Below, one piece after another: positions 36,340-47,306 of a stretch of DNA of 64,000 nucleotides. Origin of the DNA: a virus (lineage: Duplodnaviria; Heunggongvirae; Uroviricota; Caudoviricetes); IMG/VR virus record IMGVR_UViG_3300029288_000055, positions 32,001 to 96,000 of that record; one strand, 5' to 3'. The stretch's first letter is position 1; every line of letters begins with the position of its first letter. The notes below the pieces were generated by a model. It was not told where the DNA came from. It searched no databases and saw only the letters and a list, made by a program, of their open reading frames with translations. A program made the translations under genes and the position numbers.

Positions 36340-39300
36340 TCAATCTTCTTCGTTTTCATCATCAAATGATTCTGCATCATCTTCTTCATCAATACCCTCC
36401 ATTTGATTAACATAAAAATCAAGCATTTCACCTGCAGTAACTTCTTCACGTAAAAGCACTTCCATTGTCATCTCTTCAGGTATTTTAAAGCGTTTTTTAA
36501 AATTATTAAAATATTTTTCTCGTTTTAATTTGATAAGTTCAATTTCCTGTTCCTTTTCAGTCTTAGTAGCCAATGTTATTTCAAGATTCCTGATTCTTTC
36601 TTCTTCTTCGGCTTTTTTTCTATCCAGTTCTAATTCAATTTCACACTTGGGTATATTAACACTTTCTCTTATTGTTTCAATAAACACACCATTATGTTTT
36701 CCAAGAATATATTCACCACCATTTTTAATTAAAACCAAATCACCCTCAAAACATTCCTCATTTACTGATTTAATTTTTGGTTTGTCATTCTTAGCCATCA
36801 GATCATTTAAATAATTTAATGCATGATCATATATTTCATAATAAACTTTATTATCATCAAACATTTTAAACCCTTTCCATATTTTTCTTGGGTCATAACC
36901 AGTTTTATTCCAAAATTCAACCTCTTTTTCTTCCAAATGCATTGATTCATCAAAATCATTCAGATCAAAATTCTTTAATTCTAATTGATATGATGCAAAA
37001 TCCTTACCACCACATCTTAAATCAACTTCTTTAGTTTTTTTATCTTTAACTATTTTGGCAAGTATTTTTTGAGATACTTCAGGTTCAAAGCCAACAAGTA
37101 TTGTTTTAACTCGCTTATTGAATGCATTTAAATATTTTGCAACATTATACTTGCCCATCATGTTTGGATTTTCTAACAAATCATCAGCAGTAATTAAAGT
37201 AGAACAATATCTTTCTTCACCAGTTACAGGGTCTTTAATAATGCTTGAATTTCCTTCGGATGCCTTTGTTCCAGTATTTACATAATAAACAACACTATCA
37301 AGTTCTGGTTCGGGTGGCATGTAGTTTGTAACCAGTTTCAACTTATCATCAATACTTAATTTATCTTCGTCTTTAGTAAAAATTAATTGCGATTTGTGCT
37401 TTTGAAATATTTCTTCGGCAATTTTATTTCTCTTATCAATCAAAAGTTCCATATGTGCCTGTTTACCTTTTTCTCTTCCGTTTTTATCTTTACCTCTCTT
37501 TTTATATGCAGTAATTGTATTTTTTATCTTACTTTTACTTGCAATTTTTTTCAATGGGATTTGACATAAGTACAAATTTTCAGCATAATCATTATAATAA
37601 CTAACAAACTCAGCACCTTTACCATGAAGAATTAATTCCAAACCTTTATCAATGAAGTCTTCAATGTACCCGGGCATGATCTTTGATTTAATCGTATTAC
37701 CCGTCAATTTAATTTTTTCTTTCATTTCGCCAGTCTTTTTATCTTTGGCAAATGCTAAAGTTGCATAATTAATTCTTGAAAGATTAAGGCAAGAAATTGA
37801 TTCACCATCATTATCAATTGACATGTACGGTGGACGCATTTCTTCTTTATTGTACTTATCAATAAGTGCATTAATACCTGTCTTGCCATTATATTGCCAC
37901 ATTTCTTCAATTAATCCCTCACTTAATCCCTCAGTTATTCCCTCATCAGTAATTCTAATTGTTGTTTTTTCTGGATATTGAAAATTAATACCATCAGTTA
38001 CAGCAAGCAATGCAATACAACCATATCTACTGAACCAACTAATTGCATGTCTAAGATGTAATCTACCAGTACAAGTAATACGTGCTGCGCATACGTTATC
38101 TGACCAGTTAAATGAAATATCAGAACCAAGAGCACCGTATAATGAATTGTTCAAAATTTTGATAGGTAATTGTTTGATTTTAAACATCGCAACATCAGCA
38201 GGGGTCAATAATTTATTAACATACTTCAAATGCATTTCTGGGTCGATCTGTTTGAAAAGAACAATTTCTTCGGAATTCAATTCAATACCATTTCCTAATT
38301 TCTTATAGATGTTACGAGTTGTAGTTAAGTACAACAATATTTTCTTCATAACACCAGTAATATCAAATATTGGAAATACGTCTTCAGTTAATTCTATTGA
38401 AGGATAAAGACCAGCATAATCAATTTTGATAATTCTTTTAGTAAATCCTGATTTATAACATCTTGCAAGACCACCTGCAAATTTTTTAGCTAATTTAACA
38501 TCACTTTCAGGAATAGCAAGGTCATTTTCATAACTCCATGCTGTCATAAGTAAATTCCAAACGGAAGCAGTACCCATAGTACAGATTCTCTGATATGTGG
38601 TTGGGATGATCTTAGCAAGCATGAATGATGATTGATTATAAAGTTCATCAACCTGTTCAGTTTCCCAGAGGTCATCAAGAAGATAATTTTTTACAAGTTT
38701 TTTTCCGCCAATAAAGGCATTCATTTTCTTTGGAAGTGCTTCTTCTCTAAACCATTTAACGAAGTCTGGTGCATCATTAAGATATGCAATTTTTAGTGCA
38801 CTGTATTTTTCTGGAGATAATGTTTCTTTATTTGCTTGTAACGTATATAATTTTCTTGCAATAATTTGATATACGTCAGGAACTTGAATATAATTATTTT
38901 TATCGTCAATAACAAACACTTTATTCTCCCAATAAATTCTTCCAATAGCATTATCTTCGCCCGGGATATAGGTGCGATTAGGTCTTGCAATCTTTTCGAA
39001 TTTTGCAATATATTTTAGTTTATTTTCCTTTATTTCACTATTTACTGCTGCAGTTCTTCTTACCGCATGTAATATATCAATTACTGAATACCCCCACATT
39101 TCAGTTGCAATATATTTATCGGCAGTATTACCATATTTAACTGATGTATTGGGTTTTCTTTTTAACTGAACACCCTCTTTAAGACTTGTTGGAATTTTTG
39201 ACATATCCATCTTTAAAAGTTTTGCTCTACCTAAAATGAATTCAAAGTCAAACATTTCTGAGTTAAAACCTAAAATAACTGCTGGTCTTATTTGATCGAT

Positions 39301-40020
39301 CAGATTAAAGAAATCTTGAATAAGCTTAATTTCAGATTCGTCATCATTTGGCTTATTGGTTTCAAGTATCATTTCAAAACCTCTGTTGTCCCTGACACCA
39401 ATAGCAAATAATCTTGCCATTTGATATCTCAAACCAGTTGTTTCACAGTCAAAAGTAAGTTTATGAATTTGCTTATATTCTTCAAGACCTTTGTATAATC
39501 TTGATTGCGTTGATATAAAAAATTGTTCATATGGTTTAACAGAATGAAAAAGGTCACGATGTAAATATTTTACATCGCCTTTTTTATTTCTAACAACATT
39601 TCCATCACTATCTTTAACTTTGTCAAACGGATTGAGACCACCATCACTAAAATAATTTATAATTGCATTATATGATTTATTGCTTGTTACTTTATAACAG
39701 AAACCGTTAACTAATCTTTTTTGATTACCTGTTTTTAGTTTAGTAATTGTAATTCCATATTTTATTCTTTTGCTTTCAATATATGTGTCAGAATAACCTT
39801 CATATAAATTATAACCCAATTTAGGTAAATCTTTCATATACATGAAAGGTTCATATGCCATTTTTATTGTTTTTGGTTCTTTGTTTGGCTCATGAATAAT
39901 ACAATCAGCAAGATTAGTACTTGGGTCTGTTTCAACATTTACCAGATATTTTAAATCATTATTGTAACCTTCAAGAAATCCTTTAATCTCCGCAAGGACT
40001 TTTAGCTTATCCATTTTCAT
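36340..40020 (-). CDS. Family B DNA polymerase
   Basis: Exo I FDCETTG, Exo II FNSEMFD, Exo III YLLDD; motif A DYAGLYPS, motif B KILNNSLYG, variant motif C AVTDG. Confidence 0.92.
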   Translation of the reverse strand: MKMDKLKVLAEIKGFLEGYNNDLKYLVNVETDPSTNLADCIIHEPNKEPKTIKMAYEPFMYMKDLPKLGYNLYEGYSDTYIESKRIKYGITITKLKTGNQKRLVNGFCYKVTSNKSYNAIINYFSDGGLNPFDKVKDSDGNVVRNKKGDVKYLHRDLFHSVKPYEQFFISTQSRLYKGLEEYKQIHKLTFDCETTGLRYQMARLFAIGVRDNRGFEMILETNKPNDDESEIKLIQDFFNLIDQIRPAVILGFNSEMFDFEFILGRAKLLKMDMSKIPTSLKEGVQLKRKPNTSVKYGNTADKYIATEMWGYSVIDILHAVRRTAAVNSEIKENKLKYIAKFEKIARPNRTYIPGEDNAIGRIYWENKVFVIDDKNNYIQVPDVYQIIARKLYTLQANKETLSPEKYSALKIAYLNDAPDFVKWFREEALPKKMNAFIGGKKLVKNYLLDDLWETEQVDELYNQSSFMLAKIIPTTYQRICTMGTASVWNLLMTAWSYENDLAIPESDVKLAKKFAGGLARCYKSGFTKRIIKIDYAGLYPSIELTEDVFPIFDITGVMKKILLYLTTTRNIYKKLGNGIELNSEEIVLFKQIDPEMHLKYVNKLLTPADVAMFKIKQLPIKILNNSLYGALGSDISFNWSDNVCAARITCTGRLHLRHAISWFSRYGCIALLAVTDGINFQYPEKTTIRITDEGITEGLSEGLIEEMWQYNGKTGINALIDKYNKEEMRPPYMSIDNDGESISCLNLSRINYATLAFAKDKKTGEMKEKIKLTGNTIKSKIMPGYIEDFIDKGLELILHGKGAEFVSYYNDYAENLYLCQIPLKKIASKSKIKNTITAYKKRGKDKNGREKGKQAHMELLIDKRNKIAEEIFQKHKSQLIFTKDEDKLSIDDKLKLVTNYMPPEPELDSVVYYVNTGTKASEGNSSIIKDPVTGEERYCSTLITADDLLENPNMMGKYNVAKYLNAFNKRVKTILVGFEPEVSQKILAKIVKDKKTKEVDLRCGGKDFASYQLELKNFDLNDFDESMHLEEKEVEFWNKTGYDPRKIWKGFKMFDDNKVYYEIYDHALNYLNDLMAKNDKPKIKSVNEECFEGDLVLIKNGGEYILGKHNGVFIETIRESVNIPKCEIELELDRKKAEEEERIRNLEITLATKTEKEQEIELIKLKREKYFNNFKKRFKIPEEMTMEVLLREEVTAGEMLDFYVNQMEGIDEEDDAESFDDENEED

Positions 40021-40022
40021 AC

Positions 40023-40385
40023 TTAATCATAGATTATTGTATATGTTAATTCTTTTGTTTCTTTATTGTATAGATATTTTTTATTACCGATAATAAATGC
40101 ATTACTTTTTATTATTAATGTCGCATCAGTTGGAAAAAATCCGCTTAACCATAATGCACTTATTGAATTTTTTCCTTTTATTTTAAAATAATTTTTGTCA
40201 TTAATAATTTCAAAATCCAAATATACTACCTCATTAGGATTAATCAAAAGATTTCCTAAAATATATTTAAATGCACCATCAATATCTCTTTTGGCTTGTT
40301 TTGTCGATATATCAACGCCTAAATAAATTGAATCAAGTAAAAAATCCCTAAAAGGATTGCTGCCATAAACATATCTACTTCCCAT
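40023..40385 (-). CDS. Hypothetical protein
   Basis: 120-aa ORF filling the gap between helicase and polymerase. Confidence 0.6.
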   Translation of the reverse strand: MGSRYVYGSNPFRDFLLDSIYLGVDISTKQAKRDIDGAFKYILGNLLINPNEVVYLDFEIINDKNYFKIKGKNSISALWLSGFFPTDATLIIKSNAFIIGNKKYLYNKETKELTYTIIYD

Positions 40386-42168
40386 GTTTTTCTTTTATCT
40401 TCTTAATTACTTCAGTAAGTACAGATTCTTCAACATTTGACGTATAATCTTCATTGTCAATAACCTTAGTAATTTCTTTTCTTTTACTTTCAATTGAACT
40501 AAATACATAGTCGTCAATAGTATCTCTAAACATTAAAGGATAAATATTTACGACTGCTTTTTGACCAATCCTATGAAGTCTATCACTTACCTGATCATAT
40601 TCTCCTACTGAATAAGGAAGTGTCATAAAGAATAATTTACTGGCTGCAAACAAATTTAAACCATATCCGCATGTTTGTACTGTGCCTAAGAATACTTTTA
40701 AATCACTATCTGGGTCTTGAAACTTCTTTACAATGTCTGCTCTTTCATCATCTTTTTGATCACCAGTATGAAGTGCAGCTACATCACCAAGTTTTTCTTT
40801 CAATTCATATAAAGCATCTTTAAAATAATCAACAATTACAACCTTTTCTCCTGTTTCAAGAATATTTTCAACTAATTCAATTACCTGTTTAATTTTCAAC
40901 GATGCGGTATATTGTCTTAAGCGTAGCATTGTAGTTAAGGGATTACCGTTTGGATGCAATACAAATTCATTTGCAACACCTTCTTCAATTTCATTATATG
41001 TTGCATATTCATTATCATCCATTTCAAACATTATCTTCTGATATATTTTATCTGGAAGATCAAGCAATACTTCGAATTTTCTTTTTCTATGTGTATATGG
41101 TGCTGCTTTATGATAAAGTTCTTCAAGTTTAGCTTCTGCACTGTTTGTAACATAACCCCAACCACTATCATGATCATAAGTCATACCACAATAATATTCA
41201 TAAAAATATTCTTTTGTGGCAAAATCTACAGGAGATATTTGATTTAAAACAGTATATAATTCATATGCCCTGTTTGGTGCAGGTGTACCAGATAAGAAAA
41301 TTTTACTAATTTTACCGCTTTTAAATAAAAGTTTATTGAATGTTCTATTGAAATTCTTATAAGTATTTGCTTTTGTGTTTTTCAATTTCTGACTTTCATC
41401 GCAAATAACAGCATCAATACTATCTATGCCCAATTTTTTCCACTTGGCTAAAAACTTATCTTTATTACTTGAATTAAAAAAGTCATAATTAACAATTACA
41501 TATTTAGCATCTTCAATAGTACATTTGTTTCTTCTCCAGCCAACAATATATGAAATACTTTTCGTGAACTTTTCAACTTCGCTAAAATAATTGAATTTTA
41601 ATGAATTAGGAGTAATAACCACAACCTTTTCAAAGCCATTCATTTCAACATAAAGAATCGAACTAAGACTTTTTCCTAAACCCATTTCGTGAGAAATTAA
41701 CGTGTTACGAGTGGCATTTGCAAATAATGCTGCTTGAATTTGATGTGGATAAAGTTTAACGCCTTCATTCAAAAGTGCATGCATTTTATCAGAATATTGA
41801 ATATAAGTAGCTTCTAATTCTTGCTTATATTTAACCCAATGTTCTTTTTTAATATTAAGATCAGCAATGAATTTACGTTTTTCTTCTTCTGCTGCTTCGA
41901 CTTTTTTGATTTGTTGAATAAAAATCTTTCGGCTATCTTCAGTACCAAAATCAAAATGAATTTTATTAGAACCTTTATATCTTTTTATAAGCAAAAATAA
42001 TCCTAATGTATTAAGTTCCCACGCATATTCCATTGCAACCCATCTTCTTGTAATATGTGGAAGCTCTTTAATTCTATCAGTAAGCTGATTATTAATTGGA
42101 AATCTTAATTGATATAGAGATGTTTTACGAATTCTTAAACAATGTACAATAAAAACGGGTATTTGCAT
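40375..42168 (-). CDS. SNF2-family (SMARCAL1/HARP-like) helicase/ATPase
   Basis: HEMGLGKS, DESQ, LSGTP, GYGLNL, QVSDRLHRIGQ. Confidence 0.92.
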   Translation of the reverse strand: MQIPVFIVHCLRIRKTSLYQLRFPINNQLTDRIKELPHITRRWVAMEYAWELNTLGLFLLIKRYKGSNKIHFDFGTEDSRKIFIQQIKKVEAAEEEKRKFIADLNIKKEHWVKYKQELEATYIQYSDKMHALLNEGVKLYPHQIQAALFANATRNTLISHEMGLGKSLSSILYVEMNGFEKVVVITPNSLKFNYFSEVEKFTKSISYIVGWRRNKCTIEDAKYVIVNYDFFNSSNKDKFLAKWKKLGIDSIDAVICDESQKLKNTKANTYKNFNRTFNKLLFKSGKISKIFLSGTPAPNRAYELYTVLNQISPVDFATKEYFYEYYCGMTYDHDSGWGYVTNSAEAKLEELYHKAAPYTHRKRKFEVLLDLPDKIYQKIMFEMDDNEYATYNEIEEGVANEFVLHPNGNPLTTMLRLRQYTASLKIKQVIELVENILETGEKVVIVDYFKDALYELKEKLGDVAALHTGDQKDDERADIVKKFQDPDSDLKVFLGTVQTCGYGLNLFAASKLFFMTLPYSVGEYDQVSDRLHRIGQKAVVNIYPLMFRDTIDDYVFSSIESKRKEITKVIDNEDYTSNVEESVLTEVIKKIKEKHGK

Positions 42169-42186
42169 GTTTTATTCAATATCTTG

Positions 42187-42216
42187 CAAAGATAATCAAA
42201 AAAATGAACTTGTCAA
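42187..42216 (-). promoter_or_regulatory. Bacteroidota sigmaA-type promoter for helicase-polymerase operon
   Basis: Minus strand TTG-N19-TATCTTTG, 18 bp upstream of ATG 42168. Confidence 0.75.
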
Positions 42217-42219
42217 GGT

Positions 42220-42678
42220 TTAAAATTTTGAAAAAAGTTTTTTTATTAGTGGCAAGTCATACCATTTTTTTGAACCATTTGATAATTCAGCATCATAATG
42301 CTTACCATTATAATAAATCCATGAATGATTTATTTCTTCACTAACTTTTTGTAAATCTACTGGTGGATAGCCATAATAATCTAACATCATTTTTGACCAA
42401 ATGCCATATGGCGTTTCAATTATTTCCTTCCAATTTTCTCTGGCAAATTCTGGGTCTCTCGTATTAAAAAACATATCACCAGTTAGTTCATGTAAATTAT
42501 TTGATTCTTCACCTATTTTATTAATAATATCTTGTGTAAATTGATCACACATACCATTATTAATATCCCATAATGTACATTTATGCTGTGTGGTATATTC
42601 ATTAGATAATTGTTTAATAATAAAAGATATGTACGAATCTCGTATTTCTTCGTTCACTATTTCAACAACATTTTTCAT
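42220..42678 (-). CDS. Papain/transglutaminase-like fold protein (putative Cys-His-Asp triad)
   Basis: INNGMCDQF..HSWIYYNGKHYDAE; start moved to MKNVVEIVNEE (42678) because a GTATTTAT motif lies at 42703-42710. Confidence 0.55.
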   Translation of the reverse strand: MKNVVEIVNEEIRDSYISFIIKQLSNEYTTQHKCTLWDINNGMCDQFTQDIINKIGEESNNLHELTGDMFFNTRDPEFARENWKEIIETPYGIWSKMMLDYYGYPPVDLQKVSEEINHSWIYYNGKHYDAELSNGSKKWYDLPLIKKLFSKF

Positions 42679-42770
42679 ATATAACAGTTTGTTTTTTAAA
42701 TAATAAATACTACCCAAATCAAATAATTTAAATATTTTCCACAATAATCACCCAGAAAATCTAATTCAAA

Positions 42771-42779
42771 GTATTTATA
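42771..42779 (+). promoter_or_regulatory. GTATTTATA phage promoter-like motif (plus-strand copy)
   Basis: 13 bp upstream of the plus-strand endonuclease ATG; same sense orientation as the minus-strand copies. Confidence 0.7.
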
Positions 42780-42792
42780 TAAAAAGAATATT

Positions 42793-43689
42793 ATGGAATC
42801 AGGAATATATAAAATTGAAAACATTATTAATAACAAAAAATATATTGGTAGTGCTAAAAACATCGAAAAAAGATGGTATCAACATAAATATGCTCTTAAT
42901 AATAATTGCCATGATAATTCATATTTACAAAATGCTTGGAATAAATATGGAGCAAATAATTTCAAATTTGATGTTCTTGAAAAGGTTAAGCCTGAAAAAT
43001 TAATTGAAAGAGAACAACATTACATTAATTTACATGATGCTTGTAATAAAATTGTTGGTTACAATTTAGCTCCAACAGCAGGAAATACTTTAGGATTCAA
43101 ATTTTCTGAAGAAAGTAAATTAAATATGTGTTATATGAAAAAAGGTAAACCATCATCAAGAAAAAATTATAAAATGTCTGATAAGACTAAAGAAAAAATT
43201 GGCAATGCAAATAAGATTAGCCAACTTGGAAGAACGCATAGTGAGAAAACAATCGAAAAAATGAAAAAACCTCATGGGGCAATGAAAGAAACAACTAAAA
43301 AACAAATAAGTGATTGGAGAAAAGGATTAATTCCATCTAAAAAAACTGGTAAATTTATTACTAATGACATTAAAAACACATTATTAACTGAAGAAGTAAT
43401 TAATAAAACAAAAATAATAAACAAAAATAATAAATATAGGTCAAATCAAAAATCTACGAATATATCTAAAAAGAAAATATTAAATTCAAATAAAGGTAAT
43501 AATAGAGGTGAAAATAATGGTATGTCCATTAGTAATGAAAATGAAGTACTTGCAATTAGAAAAGATTATGCAAATGGTTTATTAATATCTGAATTAATGA
43601 TAAAATATAATAAAAAATATATTTTTATCTATAAAATAATTAAAAGATTAAGATGGGATTGGTTAGACAACAGTAGTTTTAGTGATTGA
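42793..43689 (+). mobile_element. Free-standing GIY-YIG homing endonuclease with NUMOD3-like repeats
   Basis: SGIYKIENIINNKKYIGSA..RW..H..LQNAWNKYG..REQHYI..YN; FSEESKL, MSDKTKEKIG, HSEKTIEKM repeats; opposite strand to neighbours. Confidence 0.88.
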
Positions 43690-44082
43690 ATCACTTATTA
43701 ATACATTAATGTAACCATTTACAGGTAATTTAATTTTTCCGCATCCAATTTGCTCACCTAAAAAATCGATGACAAATTCCGCATTGTATCTACCAGATTT
43801 TCTTGTGTCTTTCAATGTAAATTTATAAATAAAAGTATATTTTTCTTCTGCTGGAAATGCTGGTCTATCATTATTAATAGCAAGACTTGCAGGTACATTT
43901 GCAATACGATATAAACCAGTCTCTGCATCTATCATAGAAAATGTAATTGCAACATTTTCAAGCATATCTTCTGTAATATTATACTTTTCCATTATTGGCT
44001 GAATAAGGGGATATTTTAATTCAGGAAGAGTACTATCTTTCTTAATAAAAAAATTGCTAATATCAAATGTACTGTAATTCAT
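43663..44082 (-). CDS. BppU-like Ig-fold structural protein
   Basis: FFIKKDSTLPEL..ITFSM..Y.F...DT..SGRYNAEFVI..P. Confidence 0.55.
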   Translation of the reverse strand: MNYSTFDISNFFIKKDSTLPELKYPLIQPIMEKYNITEDMLENVAITFSMIDAETGLYRIANVPASLAINNDRPAFPAEEKYTFIYKFTLKDTRKSGRYNAEFVIDFLGEQIGCGKIKLPVNGYINVLISDSITKTTVV

Positions 44083-44084
44083 AA

Positions 44085-44516
44085 TTATCCTTCTTCTTTA
44101 GGTGTTTCACGATGTTCAGCATTATCTTCTGCTGGTTTATTTTCGTTATTAATTTGTGCTGTTAAATTTTCTCTATCTCCACCAATTGCTTTAACTCTTC
44201 TTTTTACTGTTGCAGCAATACCATCACCAATAAGACCTAACGAAATGGCATCAAAATAACCAAATGGATGTCCAGAAACCTCAATATTAAATCTAAATAA
44301 TATATATGAACATAAAATAGTTGTTAAATATCTACGCCAGTTATCATGAAACCAGAATTTCCAACTCCATTTTTTAGGTGTAGTTGGACTTTGAATATCA
44401 CGACCTGTTGTTTCAGTTAAGCCATAAATCAAATAACCGATTATAAAAAACCATAAATATCCAAATAATTGAATAAAGGTATACTCCCCAAAAATTACTT
44501 TTAAAATTTCAGTCAT
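44085..44516 (-). CDS. Membrane protein, holin candidate
   Basis: Two to three hydrophobic segments and a charged C-terminal tail; late-type motif upstream. Confidence 0.45.
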   Translation of the reverse strand: MTEILKVIFGEYTFIQLFGYLWFFIIGYLIYGLTETTGRDIQSPTTPKKWSWKFWFHDNWRRYLTTILCSYILFRFNIEVSGHPFGYFDAISLGLIGDGIAATVKRRVKAIGGDRENLTAQINNENKPAEDNAEHRETPKEEG

Positions 44517-44566
44517 AATTGATATTTTATTATAAATACAATAAATCTTTTATTTTCTTGTTAAAA

Positions 44567-45925
44567 TCAAATTTTCTTCCAATTATTACCATCACTCACG
44601 ATTCTAATTGATTGATATTGCGTACTTATTGTTGCTGTTGTTATACCATCAATTGTTTGTGCGCCATAACATGCTATTGTTAATACGCCAGTATTACTAT
44701 TTTTAATTATATATTGTTTTCCACGTTTTCCTACTGCTGTTGGTAACATTAAAGTAAATGTACCACCTGTAACATCAATAATATAATCATTAGTTGTACT
44801 TGCTGTATATGCTGCACCAATTATTGTATATGCTGTATTATATTCAGTACCATTAGACAATCTATAACGAATTGTAGTTGGTGCTATTAATGCTGTTGTT
44901 GTTAATTTATGTGGATTTTTATTACTATTAACAAAATTAGCACCCTTTTTAAAAATTTTACCCTCAGATTTATTAAGATAAAGATTAACACCATTATAAG
45001 TAATAACATTACCTTCTATATTAAAATTTTTTAAACCATCAAGTAAATCATTAAATTGAGAATTTGAATCTAACGCAACATCAGGAAGATTATTTACTGC
45101 ATTTATGTAAATTTTATTTGAATGAATTACTGCACCAATAATAATTAAATCTCTTCTTTGCTCATTAGTAAAATATGATGTTTGTTGTTGTATAGTACCA
45201 CCACTATCAATTGCTAAATAAGTAACAAGATTAGTATTTAAATATGTTAATGGAAATGCAGTTACACCACTAAAATGTACAAAATGTATTTGCGGATTAA
45301 GATAATTTGTATAATTATTTACGATAAACCCTTCACCAACACTTATATCAATTGTTGTACATGCACTTGTTGGTGGATGTTGAGTGATTGTGAAACCACT
45401 TAAAACACCATTTCCACCATAACTTTCAAGATGTGTTAATTGAAAATTAGTATCACCTGTATATACAAGAAATTTAGAAGTGTTTAATTTAGTATTTGTT
45501 ATACCAGAAATATAATCTATATTGTTAATTATATCAGTATGTGTATGTCCTGTTTGAAAACTTTGTAATGTTGTTCCTGATAACCACTGTGGCTTTAATG
45601 TTATTACTGCCCAACTTGGAGTATTTCCAGATACTTTGTTGTCAACATATTCTTTATCAATAAGTGAACGATTAGTAAAACTTGCCGAATAATTTCCACC
45701 ATATTCAATACCAGTTCGACCCGAAGCAATTCGTCCATCTGTAATTGTCGTTGTACAAATTAATGTGCCACCAAGTTTAACCTGATTTAATCCAACTATA
45801 CTTAAACCATTGTTTGCTGTGGTAATACCAGTGACACCTGTAACAATAGTAATAGTACTTCCAGTAAAAACTCCACTAAATAAATATCTATTACCCGTTA
45901 ATAAATCAATTGCGCTTATTGCCAT
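44567..45925 (-). CDS. Tail fibre-like protein
   Basis: Shared ANNGL..LGGTL and IEY..YS..RSLIDK.YVD modules, GHTH, C-terminal TLMLP..GKQYIIK..IDG..SDGNNW domain. Confidence 0.7.
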   Translation of the reverse strand: MAISAIDLLTGNRYLFSGVFTGSTITIVTGVTGITTANNGLSIVGLNQVKLGGTLICTTTITDGRIASGRTGIEYGGNYSASFTNRSLIDKEYVDNKVSGNTPSWAVITLKPQWLSGTTLQSFQTGHTHTDIINNIDYISGITNTKLNTSKFLVYTGDTNFQLTHLESYGGNGVLSGFTITQHPPTSACTTIDISVGEGFIVNNYTNYLNPQIHFVHFSGVTAFPLTYLNTNLVTYLAIDSGGTIQQQTSYFTNEQRRDLIIIGAVIHSNKIYINAVNNLPDVALDSNSQFNDLLDGLKNFNIEGNVITYNGVNLYLNKSEGKIFKKGANFVNSNKNPHKLTTTALIAPTTIRYRLSNGTEYNTAYTIIGAAYTASTTNDYIIDVTGGTFTLMLPTAVGKRGKQYIIKNSNTGVLTIACYGAQTIDGITTATISTQYQSIRIVSDGNNWKKI

Positions 45926-45935
45926 AATGTAAATA

Positions 45936-47219
45936 TTAAGTTTCTGATGTTAAGACACCATTTATGAATGTTATTTTTCTTGTAGCAATTCCCCCATTTG
46001 TATCTGAAACATAATAAGTTTTTGTTCCTGCAAGTGGCGTTTGTCCATCTATTAATCTACCATTCGTTGAAGCGATAGGTATTTTTCCAGAGGTTAAATT
46101 TGTACCATCATTTAATATAATTCCTTTTCTTGCAGTACCTGTTGTTATTGTTGCAAAATAATTATCAGTAGTAAATTCTATTGCACCAGCTACTGGTGTT
46201 GTAAGTGACACACCAGAAGTAAGTTTAAGTGGTGCTATTGCATTTGTACCAGCATATAAAGTAATACCACGCAATAATGTTTGTGCAATATCTGCATTAC
46301 CAATTACAATTTGATTATTTGCTGTTGTATATGCACCATTACCAATTGCTATAGAATTCGAAGCATTAATCTTTTGTAAAGAATTATATCCAGCAAAATT
46401 ACCAAGAAATGTATTACAATTACCATTGTAAATACTTGCACCAGCATAATAACCAATAGCAACGTTACTACTACCTGTTCTATTAGCAGTAAGTGCTCTA
46501 CAGCCAAGTGCAGCATTATAATTACCTGTAAGATTATCATGAATTGCTCTTGCACCAATTGCAGTATTACCACAACCAGTTGTATTAAAATCAAGTGTTG
46601 CAAAACCAACACCAACATTGTCTGTACCACTAATATTATCATCAATTGCCGAATAACCAATTGCAACATTACATTGACCAATGGTATTAACTTTAAGTGC
46701 AGCATTACCAATTGCAACATTAAGATTACCACTTATATTACCACAAAGTACAGCCCAACCGACTGCAACATTATGATAACCAATTGTATTACAATAAAGT
46801 GATTGATATCCAGCAGCAATATTATATCTACCATTTGTGTTTCGACTAAGAGTATCTTGACCAATGGCAACATTATATTTACCATTAGTACTACCTGAAA
46901 GTGCACCATATCCAATTGCAGTATTACCACTGCCACTTGTTATATTTTTACCAGCATTAACACCATATAGTGTATTATACATGATTGCACTTATTGGTGT
47001 TCCATAACCAGCAACAGTTGAACTATTAATTAAATTTGACCAACCTGTTAAATATTGACCATGTGTGTGCCCTGATTGAAATGTACATAAAGTTATACCT
47101 GACAACCATTGTGGCTTATTAGCAAGTGTAGTCCAAGTTACTATACCAGTATTACCCGTAAAATCACCTTTAATTAAAAGTAAATTACCGCTTAATAAGT
47201 CTATTGTAAATATTGCCAT
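45936..47219 (-). CDS. Tail fibre-like protein with 17-aa NxAxGxxALxxNxxGxx beta-solenoid repeats
   Basis: About a dozen tandem 17-aa repeats; N-terminus paralogous to 44567..45925. Confidence 0.75.
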   Translation of the reverse strand: MAIFTIDLLSGNLLLIKGDFTGNTGIVTWTTLANKPQWLSGITLCTFQSGHTHGQYLTGWSNLINSSTVAGYGTPISAIMYNTLYGVNAGKNITSGSGNTAIGYGALSGSTNGKYNVAIGQDTLSRNTNGRYNIAAGYQSLYCNTIGYHNVAVGWAVLCGNISGNLNVAIGNAALKVNTIGQCNVAIGYSAIDDNISGTDNVGVGFATLDFNTTGCGNTAIGARAIHDNLTGNYNAALGCRALTANRTGSSNVAIGYYAGASIYNGNCNTFLGNFAGYNSLQKINASNSIAIGNGAYTTANNQIVIGNADIAQTLLRGITLYAGTNAIAPLKLTSGVSLTTPVAGAIEFTTDNYFATITTGTARKGIILNDGTNLTSGKIPIASTNGRLIDGQTPLAGTKTYYVSDTNGGIATRKITFINGVLTSET

Positions 47220-47306
47220 GTGAAAAGACTTTCACATAAATACTAAAAATAAATCAATTTGGCACTAATTACAAATAAATGAAAAAATAAAACTCTCTTT
47301 TATAAT

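Noticed and set aside
36340-42168. Inteins or introns in polymerase or helicase
   Set aside because: No C/S..HN intein ends or LAGLIDADG motifs, and catalytic motifs are in one frame
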